Positions 37,100 through 49,561 of a DNA stretch of 64,000 nt are shown piece by piece. A program made the translations under genes and the position numbers. Numbering within the stretch: position 1 is the first letter of the stretch; the number at the start of each line of letters is the position of its first letter. The notes below the pieces were generated by a model, which ran no database searches, was not told the DNA's origin, and saw only the letters and a program-made list of their open reading frames with translations. The DNA is from Epiperipatus broadwayi (taxonomy: Eukaryota > Animalia > Onychophora). The stretch covers positions 27,714,001 to 27,778,000 of the forward strand of contig JAQFVV010000003.1 of assembly GCA_028023455.1 (NCBI GenBank), read 5' to 3'.

Positions 37100-38763
37100 T
37101 TAATCATTTCATCTGTATCCTTGTGATAATCAATTTCTATATTAAACTCAGAGTTACTACCAAACTGATCTAGCATCGTAGGATTATTCTTAATATCACT
37201 GGAATTGACATTAACTCCTTCTTCTGTATTTATTCTATAAACAGTATTGCTATGAACACACTCAGTAACAGTATCACTATTGATATCTATTCCATCACCG
37301 ATATTTACATCAGAATTTATGTTGTTGGAACCACACTCAGTCTCACTGGGGCAGACTTCATCAACCCCCCGAACAGAATGATTTACATAAGATGATACTC
37401 CAGTGGGCTCAGAAGATTGGCTGAAACTGTCACCAATGTCATTAACATCACAAAAATCATTATCAATATTTTTATTAATATTACTATCTACTATATCTCC
37501 CAGGTCTTAACGTTATTAGTTCCACACAAATGATTGCTTCTATCGAACTTATTGCATTTTACGCAATTCCCAGTAATGCACAGTGCAGCTATATGACCAA
37601 CTCTGATGCATTTAAAGCATGGGGGGTCTTCCTTTTAATATAATAGCAATTGGCATTTGATCTTTGAATAACCTATGTGGTATTTATCTTTCACGATACC
37701 TTTTTTCATCTTAAGGATCACTTTCCATGAGTTTGAAGGAATTTGGAAAGAGATACCAGGGATCATCTTTCCAATGTAATTACTTCGGCATAATTGTTTA
37801 GCTGGGCTTTAAAGAACTCAACATTAAAGCTAGGGGTAGTGTGTAAAACTGTATCGAATACTAAAGGGTAGTGTGTAAAACTGTATCGAATACTAAAGGA
37901 TTAGGATCTTTTGATACGTAATATATCTTATGGCCCTGTACCTCTTTTATTAGACTCTCCACAAGATCTTTCTGTTCCTTATTAAAATATTCGATAGAAA
38001 TAATGCCTCAAACTGGGAAGAATGCAGTGTGTTTAATAGTTTGTATTAAACCATTATTACTCAACAAGATTAGATATTCATTTAAATCAGGTTTCTCTAA
38101 GTTATGCTTACCGTTTTTGTCATTAGTTTGTATAATCAAACTAAAAATGGAAGTATTAGGGGATATGCAGTTAATAAAAAAAAATTTCCAATAAGTGTTT
38201 AACTTAATGAACATTTTTGAGGGTAGTCACGATAACGTTTGAGCGTGCGATAAATTATCATTTAGCTCGGCAAATTGCGTCAGTTTATTAATATTTTCGG
38301 CTGATTTATTTGATTCTATTTTATCATCTAAAAACTTTGTGTTATTGCTGGATTCATATTGGCTGTTAGGTTGATTTTCGTTCATCAAAGTTTGAAGTTG
38401 AATATCTTCGTTGAGGCTATCGGTTTTTCTTTTTTTACACCGAAAGATGATGTTCCAATCAGTGCCTTGACAAGCTTCAATGTTACCATTTAAGTTCGTA
38501 ACCTCCTGGAGACTAGCACTCTCAATAATGGATGAGGTAGCATATCTTGCTTTTTTAGAAATTATTTTCATATCTACACCATTTTGGTAAGCATTAAATT
38601 CAGAGTTGCTTATTAAATCAGGGTTACTAATTACTTTTCTTAATTTAAGCTTAATATTGTTAGCATTAGTAGAAGGCTGCTGAATGGTTTGATCCACCAT
38701 TTTCTGCCATGCTAACGTTGGCTTTTTTGTTCGGGCAAATATATATAGGTTGAGCTCCCTCAT
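37100..38763 (-). pseudogene. LINE ORF1 with CCHC zinc knuckle, disrupted (32-bp tandem duplication at 37834-37897)
   Basis: Minus strand near 37520-37630 reads PCFKCIRVGHIAALCITGNCVKCNKF; ORF 38227-38763 is the N-terminus. Confidence 0.75.
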
Positions 38764-39689
38764 TATCTTTATCTTTTAACTCACTCATCTTACCCTAATG
38801 GTTCTTCTTGCCTTTTTTACCCATTGGCAAATTGTGCTGGGGTAAATACAATATATAGCATTTACTGTTTTTTATTTTTACTTAATTAATGAAGAAAGCA
38901 CATGTGAATATCTATTATTTAATGCCAGAGGAAATTTAACTAGCTATATGAGTAGCAATGTTTATGTTATTTTGTAATAATTTTGAAAAACTTGTATTTA
39001 TTATCCATATAATCCTGCATGGTTTAATGCAATAGTAGGCTTGTCACATTAGAGCAGTTTGGCTAAATCACTTTTGGAATTCAATGGTCATAATTTCCTG
39101 AATGATAAATCATTTAGTTATTTATTTTTCAATACTTATATGTATAAGTTGGCACTAGAATAGAAAAAAGATTAATAGAATTAATAATTTAAATTCCTAT
39201 AAATTAGTAAAGCTAACTAAATGTAAAATGATATAGAAAGGTGTGTGTGTTAATTTTATAAGTTAGATTTAATATCAAAACTTTAATATATTTTATGTCT
39301 GAAAATGTAATTCAAAAAATAAATATGTACAAAATTATTTAGAGAAAAGTTTTAATTCAACTTTCAGTTAGATTTAATTTCTATTCAGAAAAGTAAAACA
39401 ATTAGAGATGCAAATGGACTTTCAATTACTTTAATTGCAATATTTAAATTTTTGATTACAAGATGTTTTGGAAAGATGTTATTTTTTATTAATATATAAA
39501 ATTGTAAAGATCTCATTAAAGTTTATCTTATAGCAATAAATTAAATTCTAGAATAATTGTGGTGGGGGGGGGGGTTAGAATGATAGTCTTTTTCTTTAAT
39601 TGTAGTCCTCTGTTGCCTAATATTTTTTAATACATCATCATAATGACAATATGCACATAAATATTTTAAAAGAAAACAAATTTATGTTT

Positions 39690-40400
39690 TAAAGATCCCC
39701 TAGTACAAAATTAGGTTCTTTGGTATTTTTCATGCTATGATGTATTACTCTAATAGGGGTCTATGAAATTATAGCTACGGTTAACTCAAAAGTGATCAAA
39801 TCCAGCCTCCTGCAATTCTTGGGTTTTATATCTTTCCAGAAGTCACTGTAAATTGTCGAGCCTTCCTGCACATTTTCTGTGATGGCTTGCATGTGAGTGG
39901 ATCCGCTTCTATCTCAAATCGTTATAACAAAACATTCATCCATCTCTCTGCAGATACCACCAAATATTCACTGTTGTGGAAGTACTCTGCTGGCATTGCT
40001 CTTATATTTGGAGAACAGACTTTCATCATTCTCCATGATTGTGTTAGGACCTCTGATTTTGCACCTTTCTTTACATAAAAGTCTCCAAGTACATACAGCT
40101 GTTTTGTCCACCATTTTCAGTTGATCTGCACAAAATTCTATGAATGTCAATTGTCTGGAGCAGCTATATATAAAGCAAAGTGCAGTGATGAAGCTAATTT
40201 TTGAGCCTTCAAACCATGTATCTTTTCTGATTGCAATTTTTTTCAAACAATCTTTCAAATTGCATTGCCACTGTTTCTCTGAATTATGAATGCATTTTTT
40301 CATGTCATAGCCATTTTCACATAATTTAACATTCAGTATAATTTCATGTTTTTGGAAAAAACAATCACTTCTTCTTTGGAAGTCAATAGGTCCCATAACT
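39690..40400 (-). pseudogene. Merlin / IS1595(ISXO2)-like DDE transposase remnant
   Basis: IRKDTWFEGSKISF…IMENDESLFSKYKSNASRVLPQQxIFGGICREMDECFV…DRSGST…EGSTIYSDFWK…VNRSYNFIDP; TIRs not identified. Confidence 0.82.
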
Positions 40401-40867
40401 TTAAATCCTCTTTATTTTTCTTGTCTTTCTTAGACATCTCATTTTTTTCAGCCATTTTGAAACAAGACAGAAAATTTTTTCTAAATTACACAAATTTACA
40501 CAATCACAAAATCCACAGTAATCCGTAAGAAAAAATCCACTGAAAAACAGCAATATACTATCAATATAAGTGGAAACTAGCAATAAAAATCTCAGTATGG
40601 TCACACAAAAAAAAAACAGACAAAGAAATGACAAAAATTCACATAGGTCTCTCATCTTTTGAAATCTCATTGGTCACCATGTAAATATCTTGACCATTCC
40701 CATGGATTAGTCATGCCAGTATCTTAGTTGCCATGGCATCATTCGTCTAATCTTCAATGAAATCTTACCAGCAGAAAAGATGTTAAGGGTAATACGTCAT
40801 AGCAAGAAAAATACTAAAGTACCCAAAAGTATTTTACTTGAAATGATCATTACTGTTATAATCTATA

Positions 40868-41047
40868 AAAAAGGAGTAAATCACTTTTCCCCAGGCTATG
40901 TCTTAACTAAATTCTAAATGTTGAACAAAAGAATCAAGAATAGAATGTATTCATTCATTCAATATTTAAAGTGCTTTTAAGTCATAGCCTGGGGAAAAGT
41001 GATTTACTCCTTTTTTTACATATACATTGATCTATATTAATTTAATG
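40868..41047. mobile_element. ~150-bp hairpin plus ~30-bp tail between 14-bp direct repeats
   Basis: Arms aaaaaggagtaaatcacttttccccaggctatg / catagcctggggaaaagtgatttactccttttt; flanks TGTTATAATCTATA at 40854-40867 and 41048-41061. Confidence 0.8.
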
Positions 41048-41333
41048 TGTTATAATCTATATTAAAATCAAACTGTTTATTGCTTGGGACTTCATAAGAA
41101 GTTAGAGCTCTTAAATGGCCTGATTATAGACCCAGTCCATGCACTTTGAGCTCCAGGGTCTACCATTCTACTACTGCATTAAATCACGAATGGTGTTATA
41201 ATCTATATGAGTCAGGTATAATAAAGATGAGATATGTTTTTAAAAACATGGTATATTGAGCCGATAATTTTGATCGGCTCACGTTATGTTCTGTGTGTGT
41301 ATGTAAATATATGTATATACACATATTCATTAG

Positions 41334-41518
41334 TAATATTTACTAAGGCTGTAAACCTCAAGAATATGCACGTGAAAATGCGAAGGTAGGGACCTCTACA
41401 GGTCTTAACCACAAGCTTAGGTCCCTACCTTCGCATTTTCATGCGCATATTCTTGAGGTTTACAGCCTTAGTAAATATTACTTACGTAATTAATGTGCAT
41501 TTAAATAAATTTATAATT
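41334..41518. mobile_element. Hairpin (62-bp arms, 23-nt loop) plus 38-bp tail inserted in the 5' LTR with a 13-bp duplication
   Basis: Arms 41334-41395 / 41419-41480 with 2 mismatches; ACATATTCATTAG at 41321-41333 and 41519-41531; single copy (empty site) in the 3' LTR at 44485-44497. Confidence 0.88.
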
Positions 41519-43352
41519 ACATATTCATTAGGTACAAAATAGGAAATAAAAGCTGTGTGTATAGAATGTTTTTTTTTTTGGTATTATTTATTAGTTTTTT
41601 TATTGGGATTTTAAAAAATGAAAAAAAAGCAAAATGGTCGATTAGTTATTTTTTAATTGGAGAGAATAAATCGAAAGTGATAGAAAAAAAAATTAAAAGT
41701 TTTTGGAAACAATTTTGTAATTAATTATTTAAATTTTCTAATCTGAAGGGAGGGGAGAGAGAAAAAGAATTGTAATTAATTCTATTGCCATGACTTCTGG
41801 TTAGCAAGGTGTAAAAAACAAAAAAATGAAAGGAATGCAATCACTGGCCGGGAACATGATTAAAGAAAAGGACAATGAAGAAAAGGACTATAAATAGAGA
41901 GAAAAATCTATTGTGTGGATTATTATTAGCTTTTTAATAAAAAAAAACTATTAAGAAAAAAAGTGAAATAAAAATGATCGAAGGCTAAAACAAAATAGAA
42001 TCCATCTCCAGCCGGGGCACTGACCTATTCCTAGTTCTTCATCAAATCATGAAACCATCTCAAGGAACATCAAACCACATAGGAGAAAGCAGAGCTAGCC
42101 TGGAACAAAATTAGTTGCTAAGACTCAACTCCCAAGAGGTACGAAGAAACACTTATGGACATGCACTGATCGATCAGGGTAACGGAAACTTTGTTTATTG
42201 ATTGAACTATAGACATTATTGAACTTTAAACATTCATTTAGGATTGCATCTAAACATTAATGAACTATGAGTTACAACAATAGAAGGGGATTTTATTTTA
42301 ATATTAATAATGTTTATAGCTACGTTAATTAATTTGTTTAGTTAAAATACGTAAATTATTTCTGTTTTAATTTTTCTTTATGAATGATTTAGCTAAATTT
42401 TGACTAAATTTTCAGGACTATTGGGCGAGGTTAAGAAAATCTAATAATCCAATAAATGAATCCATGAAAATGTTATCAGAATAGAATTAAAATGATTTAG
42501 AAAGCAAATGAAAAGTATTAAGGGTTGAGAAAATATTGAAAGAGAGGGTAGGGGTCTTGTGTTATAACTTACTCCTAATAGTAAGCCACTTAGTCCTAAT
42601 ACCGGTCAAGCTTTGGATCGTTTTGGATGCTTATTTAAGTAAAAGCACATGTTCCTTCGAGAACAAAATATATATTGCTCTTTGCCTTTGTTTGTTTTTT
42701 CTTTAATTAAAAAAAAGAGAAAGATTATGTTAATTACGTAAAGAAGAAAGAGAAAGGTTCTGTTAGTTATGTAAAGAGTCAAGAAAAAGAAGGAAGGTAT
42801 AGAGGGATTATTAGAAATTTGTTAATGGTCCTGAATAAACAAAATAAAGAAAAATGAAACTATAATAAAGCGTATCATTGGTTAAAAGTTATGAAAGTTT
42901 ATTTGTTTTTGTTTTTTTGCGTTTGTTCTTTAAACAATAAAATCTTTTATTGTATTAAATCCGTCCATGTTAAAATGGGATTGTTGAGAGAAATTTGAGT
43001 TAATGTCATACGTATACAAATTATCGACTGCAAATAAGGGATTTTTCTAATTTTGTGGTTGATGTGATGTGATGTACTGTAGCTTCTCCTTAAACGATTC
43101 CAGATTTTTTTTATATATTTTTAATTCTCAGCTAACGATCATTCTGATATAAAAAGTAGTGGCACAGAGTGGTCACACGGAAGAAAGATAGAAAATAGTG
43201 TACCCAACATGTTGGGGCTTGTGAGAAAAATAAATGGCTGGAGATAAGAGTTGTGAGATAGGTGAGGAAGGTTTTAGATGAGATCAGAGAGGGTGTTTTG
43301 GTTGGGGGAGGATTTAGAATTAAGAGTAGAATAAAAGAAGACAAAATAAAAA

Positions 43353-44393
43353 TGAGCGAGGACAAAAGTGCAGGGAAAAGCCCGGTGGTGACATTCAAGA
43401 ACTCGAGTGGTGTCAGTTGGAAGAGATACTGGGAGCTATCAATGACCTAAAAAGAATAGTTTTGGAAGATCGGAAAGAAATAAAAGAGATTAAAGGTATG
43501 ATAGAAGAAGACCAGAAATAAATAAAAGAGATTAAAAAAATGATCGAAGACATGAGAAAAGAGATAAATGATTTAAAAGAGAATAAAGAAAACAGATTGG
43601 ATATAGAAGGGGGTGAATGGGATTTAAGTAAAACAGACATTGAAGCCAATAAGGATAGTGAGAAAAAAAGGAAGGGGAAGGACAACTTCTACAAAAATAA
43701 AAGTAAACACATGAAAGAAGTGGACAATGATAGATATGGAGGAAAATAAAATGGAAAGCAAACTGAATGAACCCAAGGAAAATAGCCTCAATGGCATTAG
43801 CCAAGTTTTTTCAATTAAAGAGGTTTAAAGGAGACAGGGAAGAAAACCCATTTGATTATTTAAATAGTTTCCAAGATTTTTTTCACTTTCATAGATCAGA
43901 GGAAGCAAAAAAAATTATAGCGATGAGCTATTTAAGTGGTCCCACGTAGGAATAGTGGAAGGCTGTAAATTACAGACCCAAAACTTTCTTGGAATATCAA
44001 GACATGATTTTATGGGAGTTCTGGGGTGTGGAAAAACAAGAAGCGGTATGCATGAAAATATCATAAGAGAAATATAAACCTAATAAAAACTGAACGTACA
44101 ATTAGTTCTTCCAGCATCAAGCCACAAAATTAAGAGCATTGGAAGACTATCCAATGGACAAATTTCAAATAGTAAGAACTATAAGGTACAACTTCCCTTC
44201 AGGAATACAGCGGAAACTGGCAGAAAATCATTGTCTATCGATCGAGGAAGCCATAGAAATGTTAGTTGATATGGAGTATAATGATACAAAAGAAAGGGAA
44301 GACTCTAAGATTAAGTGGGAAAATAGTAATGAACTTATGGGGAAAGGTAACTGTAAAAGAGAATTTACAGGCAAACCTTCACAGAGTAGTTAA
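43353..44393 (+). pseudogene. gag (coiled coil + capsid-like domain) with stops and frameshifts
   Basis: FFQLKRFKGDREENPFDYLNSFQDFFHF…AMSYLSGPTxEWWKAVNYRPKTFLEY…YPMDKFQIVRTIRYNFPSGIQRKL. Confidence 0.8.
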
Positions 44394-45999
44394 ATTTTTT
44401 TTAATCAGGAAGGGATGCAATGAGACGATAATTTTGATCGACTCATGTTATGTTCTCTGTGTGCATGTAAATATATGTATATACACATATTCATTAGATA
44501 GAAAATAGAAATAAAAGCTGTATGTATAGAAAGTTGTTTTTTTTTTATATTATTTATTAATTTTTTTATTGGGATTTTATAAAAAGAAAAAAAAAAGAAA
44601 AATGGTAATTAGTTATTTTTTATTTGAATTGAGAGATTAAATCGAAAGTGGTAAAAAAAAAAATAAAAAAAGTTATTGGAAACAATTTCGTAATTAATTA
44701 TTTTAATTTTCTAATCTAAAGAGAGGGAAGAAAGATAAAGGATTGTAATTAATTCTATTGTCATGACTTCTGGTTAGCAAGGCGTTAAAAACAAAAAAAT
44801 GAAAGGGATGCAATCACTGGCTGGGAACATGATCAAAGAAAAGGACTATGAATAGAGAGAAAAACCTATTGTGTGGATTATTATTAGCTGTTTAATAAAA
44901 AAAAAACTATTAAGAAAAAAAAGTGAAATAAAAATGATCGAAGGCTAAAACGAAATAGAATCTTCATTGAACCGTGAAACTATCTCAAGGAAAATCAAAC
45001 CACATAGAAGAAAGTGGAGCTAGTAGTGGAACAAAATTAGTTGCTGAGACTCAACTCCCAAGAGGTATAAAGAAACACTTATGGACATGCACTGAACGAT
45101 CAGGGTAATGGAAATTTTATGTTTATTGATTGAACTATAGACATTATTGAACTTTAAACATTCATTTAGGATTGCATTTAACCATTAATGAACTATGAGT
45201 TATGACAGAAGGGGATTTTATTTTAATATTAATAATGTTTATATCTACATTAATTAATTTGTTTAGTTAAAATACGTAAATTATTTCTATGTTTTAATTT
45301 TTCTTTATGAATGGTTTAGCTAAATTTTGACTAAATTTTCAGGGCTATTGGGCGAGGTTAAGAAACGCTAATAATCCAATACATGAATCCACGAGAATGT
45401 TATAAGAATAGAATTAAAAATGATTTAGAAAGCAAATGAAAAGTATTAAGGATTGAGAAAATATTGAAAGAGAGGGTAGGGGTCTTGTGTTATAACTTAC
45501 TCCTAATAGTAAGCCGCTTAGTCCTAATACCGGTCAAGCTTTGGATTGGTTTGGACGCTTATTTAAATAAAAGCACATGTTCCTTCGAGAACGAAATATG
45601 TATTGTTCTTCGCCTTTGTTTTTTTTTCTTTCATTAAAAAAAAAAGAAGAAAGAGAAAGATTATGTTAGTTATGTAAAGAGTCAAGAAAAAGAAGGAAGG
45701 TATAGAGGGGTTATTAGAGATTTGTTTTGTTAATGGTCCTGAATAAACAAAATAAAGAAAAATGAAACTATAATAAAGCGTATCATTGGTTAAAGGTTAT
45801 GAAAGTGTATTTGTTTTGTTTTTTTGCATTTGTTCTTTAAACAATAAAACCTTATTGTATTAAATCTATCCATTTTAAAATGGGATTGTTGAGAGAAATT
45901 TGGGTTAATCTGTCATACGTATACAAATTATCGACTGCAAATATGGGATTTTTCTAATTTTGCAGTTGTGATGTGATGTACTGTAGCTTCTCCTTAAAC

Positions 46000-46228
46000 A
46001 AAGTCAAGAATCTCTCAGAAATTGTGCCCAGAGAAACCAGTTAACTACTTTATTTTACATTCGCCGTCTAAGTTTTCCCATATTCTGCTCCATCCCATTT
46101 CCACAACGTAATCTTTGTCAACTCTATGGCCTTTATATCTAAATCTCCCTTATCTTTTACCAAACCCAACATAAAAACCAATGATCCACTATCTAGGTTC
46201 TTTTCCTAGTGGCGCCTCGTATGATAAT
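46000..46228 (-). pseudogene. Retropepsin-like protease fragment inserted antisense in the 3' LTR
   Basis: Absent from the 5' LTR; minus strand reads …LDSGSLVFMLGLVKDKGDLDIKAIELTKITLWKWDGAEYGKT (DSG motif at about 46182-46196). Confidence 0.5.
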
Positions 46229-46559
46229 GATTCCAGATTTTTTTTTTAATTGTTAATTCTCAGCATATGATCATTCAGTATAAAAAGTAGTGGCACAATA
46301 TAAATAATCATTAGAAATCAGTCAACATTTAGACAATCTGAATATAGAACAATCAAGACTTTCAAACTGTTGTCAAAGTAATCTTTTAGCAAGAAGTGGA
46401 ATCCCACCTCTATGAATAGTCCGATATATTATATAGACACTAAAAATTGTAACTTGACCAATAAATAAAGTCTACAGATACAAATGCTAAGAAATAAAAC
46501 TAGAATCACCTGTGAGACGTGTTGAAAAATAAATTAGCCATGAATCAGATTATTCTTTT

Positions 46560-47459
46560 TGTTCTATCCACCAGTCTGACTGTGCCAATGTTATATCCGC
46601 AATTATGACTGTGCGGTCAGCAAATATGTTCAGTTCCCATGATGTTCTCTTGCAACGAATGCTCTGCTGCGGATGCTCTCCAACAAATTGTCTGCAATGA
46701 ATGCTCTGAATACACTCTCTATTTCTCTGCAATGGATGCTCTCCAAACGAATGGTCTACAGCGAATGGTCTGCACTGAATGGTCTGCAAATGGATGCTCT
46801 CCAACAAATGGTCTGCAATGAGTCTATTTCTACAGTTCGCTAAAGTTCAATTCCCATGATGTTCTTTCAGGCTGGCTGCTACAAAAACAATTCACAATGG
46901 GCATACCTTCACCCCAGTCCAGTTTAGCTGTACACGAACGCTTCATAGTAAGCACTGCAACTGACCTTAAGCTCCTTACAGCTTACGTCTCTGCAACAGT
47001 CTACTTCACTTGAAAACTGCTGGAAACTCAACTCTTTATTCAGCTGCTATCCAGACGGTTTCCTCAGGCTGTGGTCTCCTTCAGCTATACCCGTGAACTA
47101 CATTTCCACTGGGCACTGGAATTGAACAGTAACTCTACTGTAGATGCACTCAATACTGTCCGCTACTCCAATACTGCTCTCTACTACTCTCTATATTACA
47201 CTGCATAGTTGTTATGCAGTCTTCTTATCGCTTTGTGATAACTGCAACAATCAATCAATACACCGTCCAATAAGGTAATGTCTCTTATCTAGAAATATTT
47301 GCAATCGGCAAATATTTCTTGGAATTGTCGATCGCCATTACGTCAATGCCTTAATTAAATTCCACAGTTATCAGCGCGCGATCTAGAAACAACCTCTCGA
47401 ATACATTCTAGTTTTTCTGGAGTGTACAAACATGTCTGCCATTTTTACAAAACACTACA
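46560..47459 (+). mobile_element. Solo LTR, family C
   Basis: TGT…CACTACA termini; 5-bp TSD CTTTT (46555-46559, 47460-47464); homologous to 6706-7449, with a more decayed 14-mer repeat at about 46645-46820. Confidence 0.85.
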
Positions 47460-49561
47460 CTTTTTATTTAATTTTTTTATAATTGTTTTAATTCTTTATA
47501 ATGGAATATAAAAATAATTTTGCTAAACATAAAATTATAAAGAAATGGAGATTCATACTATCGCCTCAATATATATGTAGTTCTTAATTTAAATGATAAA
47601 AATATATCACACACAGAAAATATTAAATATAGTTACTCGTAATTATGTTAATTGCTCATATGGTTGTGACTATTAAGCATCTAATGTCACATTAAGCACA
47701 TTTTCTTACCATTAGATTGAGTTGAGATTTATTATTATTACTTATCTTACTTGATTGAAAACTGATCATGCTAAACTGTACAGGATAATGTCTCTTCTGA
47801 AAGTTATTTATCATCATAAAAGATTTATTTGATTGAGTCATTATATTATTATCCCAGCTCTATTTGCTTATTACAAAGGCTATAATATAATAGTTGAACA
47901 CACACACACCAATACTATTAAATCTATTAAAGTGATGCACAAAAGCTTTAATGGCTAACTTTGCAATACCTTGACGTAATGATTTAAAACATTGTAGCAG
48001 TCTTCTATGACTTGCTATTCATCTGATAGAAGATATAGTTGTAGCAACAATAATATCTCATGACTTTGTGATATGCTTTCAAAAACAATTCTTTTCTTCC
48101 TATTCCAGAGCCATCTATAGTAAGTATGAGTAATCAATGGATATTATATGTATAAGTGTATTAGCTCCAGCTTTCAATCATAGTGCTTATTGATGAAAGT
48201 AAAAGCCAGAAACTGACTAGAAATATTATAGCACTATATCATCTGATGACCATTGTTAATCAAGCTTGCAATAGATAGCTCTAGTATACATTTATACATA
48301 CACAATGTGAATAAAGAATACATATATGCAGTTAAAATTTCATGTATAAATTATGGGAAAACCTTGCCTTTAATGTACAGCACATATTAACTTTTAGAAA
48401 TTTTACAAATGGCTCTTCTCTGTAGTGACTTGGTTTGAATCTTCAAGATATTATCACTGGTATATTCATTATCAGGTTAAATCTTTTCAAGTTAACTGAA
48501 TCACTTTTACACATACAAAAATGTAACAAAATAAAAAGGCTTTTATTTGCACAAAGAATTGTTTTTATAATACTGGTAAGTAGGAATAAACTATATAACA
48601 TTTGAATAATATCAAGATGAATATTCAAGCTATTTATCTTGAAGAAAAGTAAACTCTGTAGAGGATAGGACTTTTTTCCATTTTTAAAGAATAGTTCTTA
48701 TATACTCATTAATATTTAACGTGGGTGATTGGATATATATATATAACCTCATTCACATGTTCCTCGAATTAATATTGACTGCAGATGATGGTTATCTAAT
48801 AACAATATTCTTGATATGGTGTAACTGAATGATTTGGTGATTGTGAATTAGAAATGATAGAGTGGTATAAGAGTACAGGAGTTATTTTAATATTTAATAA
48901 TAGTGTGTGAATCTTCACAGGTTTTTTTTTTTTTTTTACATAGAGGTATTATTCAAATTATTTTGGAAGGTGGTATTAATTTTTTTTCATTTCAGTTTAA
49001 TAAAGAAAATACATCTACAAGCCATTTATTATGATTTTAGGAATTTTGAGATTATTGAGAATTCAATGTTGTTAATACAGTTGTCTCTTATAAGAATTAA
49101 TCTGTTGAAATGTTATGAATCTAAAATATTGTTTTTTTTTTCACTATAACAATTTGATGAAAGTATACCTGTTTTATCTTGCAAGTGATAAGGTATCAAC
49201 TTATTCTTAGTCATTTATAGGAGAGATTTAGTAGTTATATAAGTAATTGTAATATTTAATTGATTCCTAGGATTTTATGGGACACTTTGAGCATTTCATG
49301 ATGCACATTGAGATTTTGCTTGTTATGGTATGATAGCTTCTATGGTATGATTTTCAATTTTTGCTGCCTTGTGTTTTTACTTTATGTGTATAATAGGATG
49401 ATCTATGATCAAAATCAAATGTGTAAGAAGTAAGAGTGATAGGCATAAAGCTTTCATTCATTGACACCTATTCATAAACATATATAGTCATTTTAATTCC
49501 AAAAGAAGAAATCAAGACAAAGACTAAAAATAGAAAGCTAAAGATGAGTTTAGCAATGATT

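Larger units (their letters stand above)
33587..38859 (-). mobile_element. Full-length L1/Tx1-like LINE, antisense in the MBD4 intron
   Basis: 10-bp TSD ATTTACTGTT (33577-33586, 38860-38869); A-tail (T9 at 33588-33596); ORF1 with zinc knuckle, ORF2 with APE, RT and C-terminal zinc finger. Confidence 0.9.
41257..46297 (+). mobile_element. Complete LTR-gag-LTR element, family B (LTRs 41257-43166 and 44421-46297; no pol)
   Basis: ~1.9-kb direct repeats TGAG(C/A)CG…GGCACA; 4-bp TSD ATAT (41253-41256, 46298-46301); purine tract aggaaggga at 44407-44415; ~1.25-kb internal region with gag only. Confidence 0.88.

Noticed and set aside
40854-41207. CRISPR array
   Set aside because: Only three 14-bp repeats with 180- and 132-bp spacers, eukaryotic intron context and no cas genes; better explained as repeated target duplication.
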